DNA of 64,000 nucleotides from an uncultured bacterium (GTDB lineage Bacteria; Chloroflexota; UBA5177; JANWHV01): NCBI GenBank assembly GCA_963827235.1, contig CAWHAE010000009.1, positions 1,120,001 to 1,184,000 of the forward strand, read 5' to 3'. Shown piece by piece: positions 1 to 9,145 of this stretch (position 1 is its first letter; each line of letters starts with the position of its first letter). The notes under the pieces were generated by a model. It saw only the letters and a program-made list of their open reading frames with translations, ran no database searches and was not told where the DNA came from. The position numbers and the translations under genes were made by a program.

Positions 1-1649
1 GGCGTCTTCGGGTAGGCCGGGCTCTGGACGTCAGGGCCGAGCTCAATCTGCCCTGCATCGATGAGGGCCTGCACGGGCTCGTTCCACTCAACCTCGGCTC
101 GCAGCCATGTGGACCTGGTCGCGGGAATTCGCTCGGTGATGGTCGCCGACTTCACGAGCTTGAGCACAAGGCTGCGCAGCTCGGCCTCCATGTTCTCTTG
201 CACCAGGCCGTCGATCACGGTCGCGAGGTCGATCCTGCTGAACTCCGCGTGCAGTTGTTTCGCATCCAGCACAGATGGCGGGGATGGCGGGAGCGCTGCT
301 AGTTGGCGCTCGGCCTCAAGCACTCGGTCGGATAGCTCTTTGCTCAGGTCACGGTAAGCCGCAAGCTCTGCCGGGCTCGGGTCATCAGCCAACATGGCGA
401 AACGTCGGACATGACGTCGCATAGCCTCCTTGGCAGCTTCCAGCCGGCGCTGGAGCGCGGGTCTCGGGTTCGGCGTGGTCTCGATGGGTGCCGTCACCCT
501 GGACAGGTTCCACTGCCGGAAGTGCAATCGCTTGACCTGTGCTAGCAGGGCCAGGTGTGCCGGCGCCGCCGCATACATGTGCTGCTTGCACACCGTCTCG
601 CCATTCACATGGGGCAGGCACGCGTAGCTTGCAGACCGGGTGTTCCCGTCCGCGTGACGCATGATGACCATGCGGCCGCGGCAGCGCGAGCATCGCAGTA
701 TTCCGGCCCCTAGTGGGATAGGTCCCGGCAGCTTCGTGCGTACGGGATTCAAGTTCGCCGCTGCCAGCCGCTCCTGTACACGCTTAAACGTCTCTGGATC
801 CACGAGCGGCTCATGTCCAGCCGGGATCACGAACTCGCTTCCTGGCTCACTCGTCTCGAACGTGCCCAAGCGCTCCCGATTGTACCTCAACGCCCCCATG
901 TATACGGGATTCGACAGCACGTAGTGGATGCTATCTGTCCTCCACGCCTTGCCCTTGCTTGACTTCGGCAGTGCCGGATCACTGTTCGCCCAGCGTGCGA
1001 GCGTGCGCAGGCTCCAGCCGCCCGCAGCGTACCGTTCGAATAGCTCCGTCACGAACGACGCGGCGGGCTCGTCACGGGTGAGCACCCCTGCTTGATACCG
1101 CCCGCTCGTGCCGCCGAGGCGTTCGCTGTACTTCAAGATGTAGCCGACCGGCACGATTCCGTGATGTTTACCTTCCCGCACACTCCGCTCCATCGCCGGT
1201 CTCACCCGCTTTGCTAGCTGGCGGCTGTATTCCTCACCAAGTCCAGCCCGAATGAACCTCATTAGCCCAGGCTCTTCGCGGCCTTCCTTCACGCTGATGA
1301 AGGGGACCCCCAGGCGCTCAAACTCACGCGCTCGGGTCACCCACTCGCCACCATCGCGGCCAAGGCGATCAAACATGTAGCACAGCACCGCGCCCACTTC
1401 GCCGCGTCGCACGGCACCAAGTACCCGCTGATAGCCCTCACGTGAAACGTGGTGCCCACTTTCGGCGTCACGTTCCACCACTACTAGATCATAGTCCTCG
1501 GCAGCCGCGAACGCGCGGATCGCTTCCTCCTGGACTTCTGGACTGTAGCCTTCGGTTTGCTTCTCGGTGGACACTCGGATATAGCCGGCCGCTGGAACGG
1601 GACCGACCACCGTCCTCAGTATCGGTCGCCTTGCTGGTGCTGCCATCAT
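1..1649 (-). CDS. Large serine recombinase/integrase (3' end off window)
   Basis: Manual translation: MMAAPARRP...AGYIRVSTEKQ (catalytic Ser), ESG, REGYQR, MFDRLGRD and a Zn-ribbon GILRCSRCRGRM...YAC...C, all in one frame. No stop was found in the stretches translated, and the frame is still open at base 1. SD AAGGAG precedes ATG 1649. Confidence 0.93.
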   Translation of the reverse strand, partial: MMAAPARRPILRTVVGPVPAAGYIRVSTEKQTEGYSPEVQEEAIRAFAAAEDYDLVVVERDAESGHHVSREGYQRVLGAVRRGEVGAVLCYMFDRLGRDGGEWVTRAREFERLGVPFISVKEGREEPGLMRFIRAGLGEEYSRQLAKRVRPAMERSVREGKHHGIVPVGYILKYSERLGGTSGRYQAGVLTRDEPAASFVTELFERYAAGGWSLRTLARWANSDPALPKSSKGKAWRTDSIHYVLSNPVYMGALRYNRERLGTFETSEPGSEFVIPAGHEPLVDPETFKRVQERLAAANLNPVRTKLPGPIPLGAGILRCSRCRGRMVIMRHADGNTRSASYACLPHVNGETVCKQHMYAAAPAHLALLAQVKRLHFRQWNLSRVTAPIETTPNPRPALQRRLEAAKEAMRRHVRRFAMLADDPSPAELAAYRDLSKELSDRVLEAERQLAALPPSPPSVLDAKQLHAEFSRIDLATVIDGLVQENMEAELRSLVLKLVKSATITERIPATRSTWLRAEVEWNEPVQALIDAGQIELGPDVQSPAYPKT

Positions 1650-1681
1650 GCTCTCCTTCAGAGTTCTGTATCCCTATATTC

Positions 1682-1710
1682 ATTATACTCTTAACTAGAT
1701 AAATGAGCAA
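1682..1710 (-). promoter_or_regulatory. sigma70-type promoter of the recombinase, overlapping the putative att site
   Basis: Minus strand TTGCTC-N17-TATAAT, ending 32 bp upstream of ATG 1649. Confidence 0.7.
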
Positions 1711-2995
1711 TAGTGAGCTGTCGGCCCACATTGAAGCCTGGCTGCTCAACATCTGCCGGTACACCGGCGGCACCATGATCAAGGCGGCTCCGACGCTCCG
1801 TCCCCAGGCACTGATCAGCAGGCATCGTCTCCTGGACGTGCTCGACAATTCGTTTAACCGTGGACACGTGCGCAGCGGGCAGGATGCGATCGAGCTAGGG
1901 CGCGCCCGCGCCCGCTTTCTGTCCGCTGCGCCGGAGAGCAACGTGGTCGGGGGCACCGCCGATCTGCTGCTGGAGCTCGACGAGGCGCAGGACCTCGAAG
2001 AAGACAAGGTTCAGCGCGAATTCCGGCCGATGGCAAGCTCGACCAACGCGGCCATCGTGCTCTATGGCACGGCGTGGGACGCCGCAAATCCGCTCGAGCG
2101 CCAGAAGCAGGTCAATCTGGCTCTCCAGCGGCGCGATGGCATACGGCGACACTTCGAATACGACTGGCAGGCCCTGGCCGAGACGTCGCCCGCTTACCGT
2201 GCCTTCGTAGAAGGCGAGATCGCGCGGCTGGGCGCGGACCATCCCATCGTGCGCACGCAGTACCTTCTGCAGACGCTCGAGGACGTCGGCCGGCTATTCA
2301 CACCCGCCATGCGGGCGCTGCTGCAGGGCGGCCACGGGTGCCTGCCCGCGGGGGTGGCTGGAGAAGCATACGTGGCGGGAGTCGACGTGGCCGGCCAGGA
2401 TGCCGAAGCCATGCCCGGGATGCTGGCGCCGGGGACGCCGGGCGGCGGCCGCGACAGCACGGTGACCACGATCGCGCGCCTGCTCTGGACGGACGACCTC
2501 GAGCCCTCGCTTGAGGTGGTGCAACACTATCACTGGTCCGGAGCTGACTACCCGACGCAGCACCATGCCCTCCGACACCTGCTCGGCGAGGTCTTTCCCT
2601 GCAGCCGCATCGTGGTAGACGCCACCGGTCTGGGTGCCGGCGTCGCCTCCTGGCTCGCCGGCGTCATGGGCGGCGAAGTGGTGGAGTCGTTCGTCTTCAC
2701 GGCACCGTCCAAATCCCGCCTGGGATTCACGCTGCTGGCCATGGCAGGCACCGGTCGTTGCCGCATCTATAAACAGGACGGCAGCGCTGCCAGGTGCAGG
2801 CTTCAACAGGAGATCGAGTCGGCGCGCTACGAGCTGGCCGCGAACGAACAGATGCGTTTCTTCGTGCCGGACAGCGAGGGGCACGACGACTTTCTGATCA
2901 GCTTGGCTCTGTGCTGCTATGCGGCGACGATCGCTCCGCCGCCACCAAGCAGCGCCGTTATTCCGCCGCGCTTGGGAAAGTGGCAGGCGTGGTGA
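1703..2995 (+). pseudogene. Phage terminase large subunit-like ATPase/nuclease, N-terminally truncated (3' part of a split gene)
   Basis: Walker B LLELDEAQD, coupling motif YGTAW and RNase H-like nuclease acidic motifs GVDVAG, VVDATG and GHDD are present. Walker A is absent; the ORF starts MSNS-ELSA. Confidence 0.75.
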
Positions 2996-2999
2996 GCTA

Positions 3000-3027
3000 T
3001 AGACAGGATGCACGTGTGCGCTATACT
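3000..3027 (+). promoter_or_regulatory. Putative promoter of the sedolisin gene
   Basis: TAGACA-N16-TATACT. Confidence 0.45.
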
Positions 3028-3287
3028 GCTGAGCAGATCCCTCGTTTCCGCACCCTCACGGAGCCCGATCGGCCTGGACTCCCCGCGGAGCGATCATCCG
3101 GCCCGCGTGCCGAGGCCAATGCTCGGCGTAAAGGCAGCAGCGGACCGCCGCCAAGCACCCAGCCAGCCTATGATGTCGTCGCACCCGGCGAGGCGTCAGC
3201 ATCGTCACGAAACCCTGGAGTGGGCGCTCGCGATCGGCGAGTCAGTCGCATCCCACGTGGTGTTCGGAGTGCAGAAAGGATATACGA

Positions 3288-5993
3288 GTGAGATTCCGTA
3301 AGGCGCTTGTTTCCAGCAGTCTCGTGGGAACACTTCTGCTTAGCATGGTCTCCGCAGGCGCCGGCCCCTTCGGGCACGCCAGCTCGCGCGCCGCACCGGC
3401 GGCGGCAGACACCACTGTGCCGGGCGAGACGCCGCCGGAGGTGAGAGCAGGCACTGCCCAGCTCGTAGGTGCTTTCGACACCTCGGCGTCGCTGACCATC
3501 GACGTGACGCTGCCGTACCGCAACCAAGCGGCGCTGCAAGCGTACATTGCCAACCAGGCTAGCCAGGGGATCTACCTCACGCACGAGCAGTTCTATGCTC
3601 AGTTCGCGCCCACGGTCGACCAGATAAACGCCGTGAAGGCTTGGGCGGCGCAGCACGGACTGTCCAGCACGTACACCAGCGCCGACGGCACGACGATCAC
3701 CCTGCAGGGTACGACCGCGGCCATAGAGCACGCCCTCTCGGTGCAGATGAATAGGTACCGATCGGCGAGGCACGGCAGCTACTTCTCGGCGTCGGCCGAT
3801 CCCGTGGTGCCGGCCAATCTCGGCATCAGCGCCGTGACCGGCCTCAACAGCATGGTGCGCTTCCATGTCATGAGCTCGGCCGCGAGCAGACCGTCCAATG
3901 GATATACTCCAGCGGAGCTCCGCAGCATTTACGACGTCGGCAGCAGCTACGACGGCACCAACCAGGCGATCGCCTTCACACTGTGGGGCGAGGCGCTGCG
4001 CAACAGCGACCTCACCGGCTTCGCCAGTGCCACGGGCGACACGCCGATGTCGGGCCAGGTCGTGTCCACGCCGAGTAGCAGCGGCGCCGACACGATCGAC
4101 TGGGTGTACGCCAACGGCGCCGATTCGCACACCGATGCTTGGGACGAGACGGCGATGGACGTGGAGTATGCCCACGGCATGGCTCCGCATTCCCATCTCG
4201 TCTACTATCTCGGCAACGAGATCTGCGACATCACTGGATGCGGCGGCAGCGAGGTTGGGCTGGAGAACGCCATCTCGATGGCGGTGAACAACTCCGCGGT
4301 TCACGTGGTGAGCAACAGCTGGGGCGGTACTGAAGAGACCTCGCCCCTCGATGCGTTCGGCACGGCCCTGGAGAACGACTTCCTACAGGCGGCCGCCGAG
4401 GGCACGACCTTCTATTTTTCTTCCGGCGATGCCGGCAGCGACTCAGGCGGCACGGGGCTGCCGAGCTATCCCGCCGATAGTCCCTACGTGGTCTCGGTGG
4501 GCGGCACCACGCTGAGCACGACCGGCTCCAGCACCTATGCCGGCGAGACTACCTGGAACGTTAGCGGCAGCGGCGGCGGCGGAGCCGGATGCTCGGCCGT
4601 CCTCGCCAAGCCGAGCTATCAGAACGGCGTGTCCACCGGTTGCAGCGGCAGGGCGGAGCCGGACGTCTCCGCCGATTCCGACCCCAGCACGGGTGCCGAC
4701 GTGTACGTCAATGGAGCGAACGAGGTAGTCGGCGGCACCAGCCTGGCGGCGCCGCTCTGGGCGGGCATGGCGGCGGCAGCCGACCGCTACGCAGCGGTAA
4801 ACGGGCTGAGCCGTATCGGCTGGGCGAATCCCAAGATCTATGCCCTGGCCGCCAGTGCCACGAAGTACGCGTCCGACTTCCACGACGTGACATCGGGCAC
4901 AACTTACGGATCGATCGCCTACGGCGCAGGCACCGGCTGGGATCGGGCCACCGGCTGGGGCAGCATCGACTGGTCGCACTACGTGTGCGACATAGTCGGC
5001 ACCTCCAGCGGCTGCAGCGGAAGTTCGAGCAATACTGCGACGCCGACCAGCACGCCGGTACCGCCTACCGCCACGAAGACGAACACGCCGCTACCGACGG
5101 CGACGAAGACGAACACGCCGCTACCGACGGCGACGAAGACGAACACGCCACTACCGACGGCGACGAAGACGAACACCCCGCTGCCGACGGCGACGAAGGC
5201 GAACACCCCACTGCCGACGGCGACGAAGACGAACACCCCGCTGCCGACGGCGACGAAGACGAACACCCCGCTGCCAACGGCGACCAGGACGAGCACGCCG
5301 GTGTCCCCGGCGCCGACCCGCACGAGCACGCCGGTCAGCACGGGCTGTGCCAGTGACGGTACCTGCCTAACCGGCCTTACCGCCAGCGCGACGTCGGCAT
5401 CGGTCAACACGTCCGTGACGCTCACCGCCAATGCCAACCGGAACGTCGGCCCGACCGTGTGGTACATCGACATCGTGAACGAATCCGGCACGATCCTCGG
5501 GGCCTGCGCCTCGGGCACCAGCTGCGCGCTCAGTGTTACGTCCGGCACGGCGGCAAGCCACCAGTACACGGCATGGCTGAGCACATCCAGCACCAGTATT
5601 GCCGGTGGCGGATCACATACCTCCAGCGTGACCGTGACCTGGACGGGAAGCAGTGCCACGGCTACCAGCACGCCCACGGGGAGCGGTAGCTGCGCATCCG
5701 ACGGCACCTGCCTGAAGGGCCTCACGGCCAGCAGCACCTCTCCGTCGGTGAGCTCGTCCGTGACCCTGACGGCGTCCACCAGCAAGGACGTGGGACCGAC
5801 CATTTGGTATATCGACATCGTGAACGAGAGCGGGACCATTCTGACGAGCTGCGGCGTGGGCTCGAGCTGCTCGGCCGGCGTCAGCTCGTCCACGGCAACC
5901 AGTCACCAGTACAAGGCGTGGCTGAGCACGTCGGGCACGAGCATTGCCGGCGGCGGCCCGAGCTCCAGTTCGGTCACCGTGACCTGGCACTGA
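3288..5993 (+). CDS. Secreted S53 (sedolisin/kumamolisin) peptidase with prodomain, Pro/Thr linker and two C-terminal Ig-like repeats
   Basis: Signal peptide, ETAMD (Glu-x3-Asp), [14 protein letters not shown] and GWD..TGWG Ca-site; SD AAAGGA. Confidence 0.92.
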   Translation: MRFRKALVSSSLVGTLLLSMVSAGAGPFGHASSRAAPAAADTTVPGETPPEVRAGTAQLVGAFDTSASLTIDVTLPYRNQAALQAYIANQASQGIYLTHEQFYAQFAPTVDQINAVKAWAAQHGLSSTYTSADGTTITLQGTTAAIEHALSVQMNRYRSARHGSYFSASADPVVPANLGISAVTGLNSMVRFHVMSSAASRPSNGYTPAELRSIYDVGSSYDGTNQAIAFTLWGEALRNSDLTGFASATGDTPMSGQVVSTPSSSGADTIDWVYANGADSHTDAWDETAMDVEYAHGMAPHSHLVYYLGNEICDITGCGGSEVGLENAISMAVNNSAVHVVSNSWGGTEETSPLDAFGTALENDFLQAAAEGTTFYFSSGDAGSDSGGTGLPSYPADSPYVVSVGGTTLSTTGSSTYAGETTWNVSGSGGGGAGCSAVLAKPSYQNGVSTGCSGRAEPDVSADSDPSTGADVYVNGANEVVGGTSLAAPLWAGMAAAADRYAAVNGLSRIGWANPKIYALAASATKYASDFHDVTSGTTYGSIAYGAGTGWDRATGWGSIDWSHYVCDIVGTSSGCSGSSSNTATPTSTPVPPTATKTNTPLPTATKTNTPLPTATKTNTPLPTATKTNTPLPTATKANTPLPTATKTNTPLPTATKTNTPLPTATRTSTPVSPAPTRTSTPVSTGCASDGTCLTGLTASATSASVNTSVTLTANANRNVGPTVWYIDIVNESGTILGACASGTSCALSVTSGTAASHQYTAWLSTSSTSIAGGGSHTSSVTVTWTGSSATATSTPTGSGSCASDGTCLKGLTASSTSPSVSSSVTLTASTSKDVGPTIWYIDIVNESGTILTSCGVGSSCSAGVSSSTATSHQYKAWLSTSGTSIAGGGPSSSSVTVTWH
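5067..5338 (+). repeat. Coding tandem repeat, 30-bp unit ([10 protein letters not shown]) x7 plus degenerate copies
   Basis: ACGGCGACGAAGACGAACAC[G/C]CC[G/A]CT[A/G]CC[G/A] repeated in frame. Confidence 0.95.
5346..5990 (+). repeat. Duplicated ~100-aa Cys-containing beta-rich domain (5346-5642 and 5691-5990)
   Basis: [13 protein letters not shown]...[21 protein letters not shown]...SHQY.AWLSTS...SSVTVTW occurs twice. Confidence 0.9.
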
Positions 5994-6033
5994 GGCGCCG
6001 CTCGGACTAGCGGGTAACCTTCGGCAAGGCAAC

Positions 6034-6063
6034 AGGGGTGCGCGGCGGCTGCCACGCACCCCT
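6034..6063. terminator. Hairpin between convergent genes
   Basis: AGGGGTGCG...CGCACCCCT inverted repeat. Confidence 0.55.
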
Positions 6064-6083
6064 TCCTGTCGGCGCGCTTTGTG

Positions 6084-6956
6084 TCAGATGTTCGTCTGGT
6101 CGGGCGGCACGATGCCGGGGCCGAGCACGGCAGTGGCGGCGGTATCACCGGACACGGCCGCCCGGGGAATCTGCACGGTATAGCAGGTCATCGACAGCGA
6201 TCCGTAGGCATAGCCGGGCACGACCACTTCCGGCGTGGCGCCGCCGGCCGCGGCGAGGCCGGCGACGTAGAGCAAGGGGATGAAGTGGTCGGGCGTGGGC
6301 ACGGCCGAGGCGAAATCCGCGTGTTCCCTGAGCTTGAGGATGTCGCCCGGAGCTTCCACCATAAGTGACCGCGCGGCCTCGTCGAAGCGGCGCGCCCAGG
6401 CGAACCCGCCCTCCGGCTGATTCCAGTCGATGCCGCGCAGGTTGTGCACCACGTTGCCGCTTGCCATGATCAGCACGCCTCGCTGGCACAGCGGCGCCAG
6501 CTGCTGGGCCAGCTCGAAGTGGTAGGACAAGGGCTGCACGCTATTGAGCGAGAGCTGCACGACGGGCACGTCGGCCGCCGGGAACACGTGTGCCAGCACC
6601 GACCAGGTGCCGTGGTCGAGTCCCCAACTATCGGCGTCCAGCCCAATCCAGCGCGGTTTGACGAGCTCCGCCACTTCCGCGGCGACTTCGGGCGCGCCGG
6701 GCGCCGGGTACTGGAAGGCAAACAGCTCGGCGGGGAAGCCGTAGAAGTCGTGGATCGTGCGCGGAGCGCCCATCGCGGTCACGGCGGTGGCGTTCGTATA
6801 CCAGTGTGCGGAGACCATCAGAATGGCGCGGGGCCGGGCGACCGCGGTACCAAACGCTCGCCAGGCTTCGGTATAGCGATTCCGCTCCAGCGTGTTCATG
6901 GGACTGCCGTGGCCGAAGAAGGCCACGGGTGCCCGCGACGTGGGCTCGTGGATCAT
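6084..6956 (-). CDS. ygiD: 4,5-DOPA extradiol dioxygenase family (LigB/YgiD-like)
   Basis: FFGHGSPMN, SAHW, IHDFYGFP, GLDHG, SGNVVHNL, PTPDHFIPL; SD GGAGG. Confidence 0.9.
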   Translation of the reverse strand: MIHEPTSRAPVAFFGHGSPMNTLERNRYTEAWRAFGTAVARPRAILMVSAHWYTNATAVTAMGAPRTIHDFYGFPAELFAFQYPAPGAPEVAAEVAELVKPRWIGLDADSWGLDHGTWSVLAHVFPAADVPVVQLSLNSVQPLSYHFELAQQLAPLCQRGVLIMASGNVVHNLRGIDWNQPEGGFAWARRFDEAARSLMVEAPGDILKLREHADFASAVPTPDHFIPLLYVAGLAAAGGATPEVVVPGYAYGSLSMTCYTVQIPRAAVSGDTAATAVLGPGIVPPDQTNI

Positions 6957-7114
6957 GCTTGCCTCCTGATCCGGCTGGACGCGGGTCGCGGCTGCAATAC
7001 CCTCGCTCAATCCGCGCCGCGCGTCGGGGCCATGGTAGCAGACCGAGCGGCGGCACGCAGGCAGAGCGCGCACGGCGACAGAATTGGCTAGCGACGCCGT
7101 GCATCGACGGTGCT

Positions 7115-8239
7115 CTACTGTCTGCCGGCTCGATCCAGGCTGAACTTGCGGTTCTCGACCACGCGGTCGACCAGCTCCGTAGGAAGCAGTCCCCCGTGCA
7201 GGAGGCGATCGTTCAGCGCAATTGCCGTCTCGTCGTCGCCGAGCCAGTAGCAGGCAACGGCGCACTCCAGTGCTATGAGGTAGTCATAGAGGGTCACCTC
7301 GACGAACAGGCGGTTGCCGGCCGGGCGAGGGATGCGCAGTGCCTTGTCCAGGAAGAGATGGGCAGTGTGATACTCACGCCGGCCCTGATAGTACAGTCCG
7401 ACGCGAAAGAGCGGCTCAGCGCGGTCGGGGCTATGCTGATAGGCCGCCAAGTAGTGTTCCAGCACCTCCGGCCACGGCCGCGCCATGCCGTGCTCGATGC
7501 CGGCGATCTGGTACAGGGATACCCAGACTTCCTCGCGCCAGCCGCCCATCTCGACGCGGCGGCGGTAGTGGCGCAGCGCCAGCACCGGATCGCCGGCGTC
7601 GCGGTAGGACTGGGCCAGGTAGAAGACGTAGCGGGCATTGCGCGGCTCGTCGATCAGCGCCTGTTCCAGCACCAGGGCATCCCGGCGATAGGTAAGGGGG
7701 TCGTGGGCGCGAGCGCCGTCGTGGAATGCGGTTTGGTAGAGGCCGGGCAGGATTTCCTCGCTGTTGGGCGCCTCGCAGGTGAGATACTCGTGCAGCACTC
7801 CCGTGTAGTGCCAGGGCAGACTGCAGCGGATCAGCCGCTTCGAAAGATAGGACGTCCCTCCGTAGCGCACTTCGAGCAGATAACCGTCCGCGCTGAACGC
7901 CGGCATGGTGAAGCCGGGTGCCACGCCCAGCACGTGGTCGGCGTCCATGAGCAGGGCGTAGTCGCAGCGTGCAGCGCCGGTTCCGCTTTCCCGCAGATAG
8001 CCCAGGGCCTGCGTCCGGTTGAAGGAGAAGTCGACCCATGGATGCTCGTGAAGCTCTCCCGGCACGTCGCGCAGGCAGTCGCGGACGATCTGGATGGTGT
8101 CGTCGGACGATCCGGTGTCGACGATGGCCCAGTAGTCGATCACGGGAAGCACGGATTCGAGGCAGCGACGAATGACCGGCGCCTCGTTCTTGACGATCAT
8201 GTTCAGGCAGATGGACTGGCTTCGACTCACCCGGCTCAT
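7115..8239 (-). CDS. GT2 glycosyltransferase with TPR repeats
   Basis: ICLNMIVKNE, VDTGSSD, DAD, LHE and TPR-like FYLAQSY. Confidence 0.88.
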   Translation of the reverse strand: MSRVSRSQSICLNMIVKNEAPVIRRCLESVLPVIDYWAIVDTGSSDDTIQIVRDCLRDVPGELHEHPWVDFSFNRTQALGYLRESGTGAARCDYALLMDADHVLGVAPGFTMPAFSADGYLLEVRYGGTSYLSKRLIRCSLPWHYTGVLHEYLTCEAPNSEEILPGLYQTAFHDGARAHDPLTYRRDALVLEQALIDEPRNARYVFYLAQSYRDAGDPVLALRHYRRRVEMGGWREEVWVSLYQIAGIEHGMARPWPEVLEHYLAAYQHSPDRAEPLFRVGLYYQGRREYHTAHLFLDKALRIPRPAGNRLFVEVTLYDYLIALECAVACYWLGDDETAIALNDRLLHGGLLPTELVDRVVENRKFSLDRAGRQ

Positions 8240-8404
8240 CGTGTTCCACTTGCTGGCGCTCGGTCGTCCCGCCAGCAAGTGTAGCAGGCTCTTGCGGCTC
8301 CCATTCATCAGATGGATTCGGGTTATGTACACTCATAACGTGGTACTTCTTCGAGATATCGCCCTGTACGCCTCGAGTGCCGGCCCAGGCCGGAGAGGGC
8401 GCGC

Positions 8405-9043
8405 ATGACGACAGCGGCCAGAGACATCCATCGACGCACGTTTGCGATCGGAGACCTGCACGGCGAGGTCACGCTGTTGCGCCGCTTGATGCAGCAACTG
8501 CCCATCGATCCCGCCGATACCCTGGTGTTCCTCGGCGACTACCTGGACCGGGGAGAGGACTCCGCGGCCACTTTCGCCGAGCTACAACGCCTGACCGGGG
8601 ACTACGAGTGCGTCTTCCTGCGCGGCAATCACGAAGATGCCTGGCTCTCGGAATGGACCGGCACGGCATTCTCGCGCCAGCCGGCGATCGGCGGCGCACG
8701 GAAGGCTTGGAAGGATTTCGGCGGGCAGCCGCCAGCGGAGCTTGGGCGCTGGCTCGAGCAGACGCGCATCGAGTTCGAGGACGAGCATGCCTTCTACGTG
8801 CACGCGGGCGTCGTGCCCGGTCAGCCCTTCGCGCGCACGCCGGCCCTGCAAAAGCTCTGGGGCGCGGGCGGCTTCCTGGAGTCCAATTATGATTGGGGAA
8901 AGCCGGTCATATTCGGTCACTGGCACATGCCCGAGCCGTTACTGCAGCCGAACAAGATCGGACTGGATACGCATGCCTACGATACCGGCGTGTTGAGCGC
9001 GATCCGCATGCCGGAGCGGACGATTTTCCAGGCGCGTCGCTAG
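8405..9043 (+). CDS. PPP-family metallophosphoesterase (Ser/Thr phosphatase-like)
   Basis: GDLHG, GDYLDRG, GNHE, HAG, GH. Confidence 0.9.
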   Translation: MTTAARDIHRRTFAIGDLHGEVTLLRRLMQQLPIDPADTLVFLGDYLDRGEDSAATFAELQRLTGDYECVFLRGNHEDAWLSEWTGTAFSRQPAIGGARKAWKDFGGQPPAELGRWLEQTRIEFEDEHAFYVHAGVVPGQPFARTPALQKLWGAGGFLESNYDWGKPVIFGHWHMPEPLLQPNKIGLDTHAYDTGVLSAIRMPERTIFQARR

Positions 9044-9145
9044 ACGGGCGGTGCGCGCCCCGGGGGCGGCTGAGACCGAGTCGGGCGGCACCCCGCCGGC
9101 CGACTCGGTCCGCGCGATCGAGACGCGCCGAGGTGGCGCCAGCGC

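Larger units (their letters stand above)
1..1714. mobile_element. Right end of an integrative element (LSR-encoding) inserted in a terminase-like gene
   Basis: Recombinase transcribed away from an AT-rich junction (about 1660-1714); the downstream host ORF begins mid-motif (..ELSAHIEAWLL). Confidence 0.7.

Noticed and set aside
5067-5338. 30-bp repeats as a CRISPR array
   Set aside because: Units are contiguous with no spacers and encode an in-frame Pro/Thr linker.
1703-6000. Intact prophage extending rightwards from the terminase
   Set aside because: No portal, capsid, tail or lysis genes follow; downstream genes are cellular.
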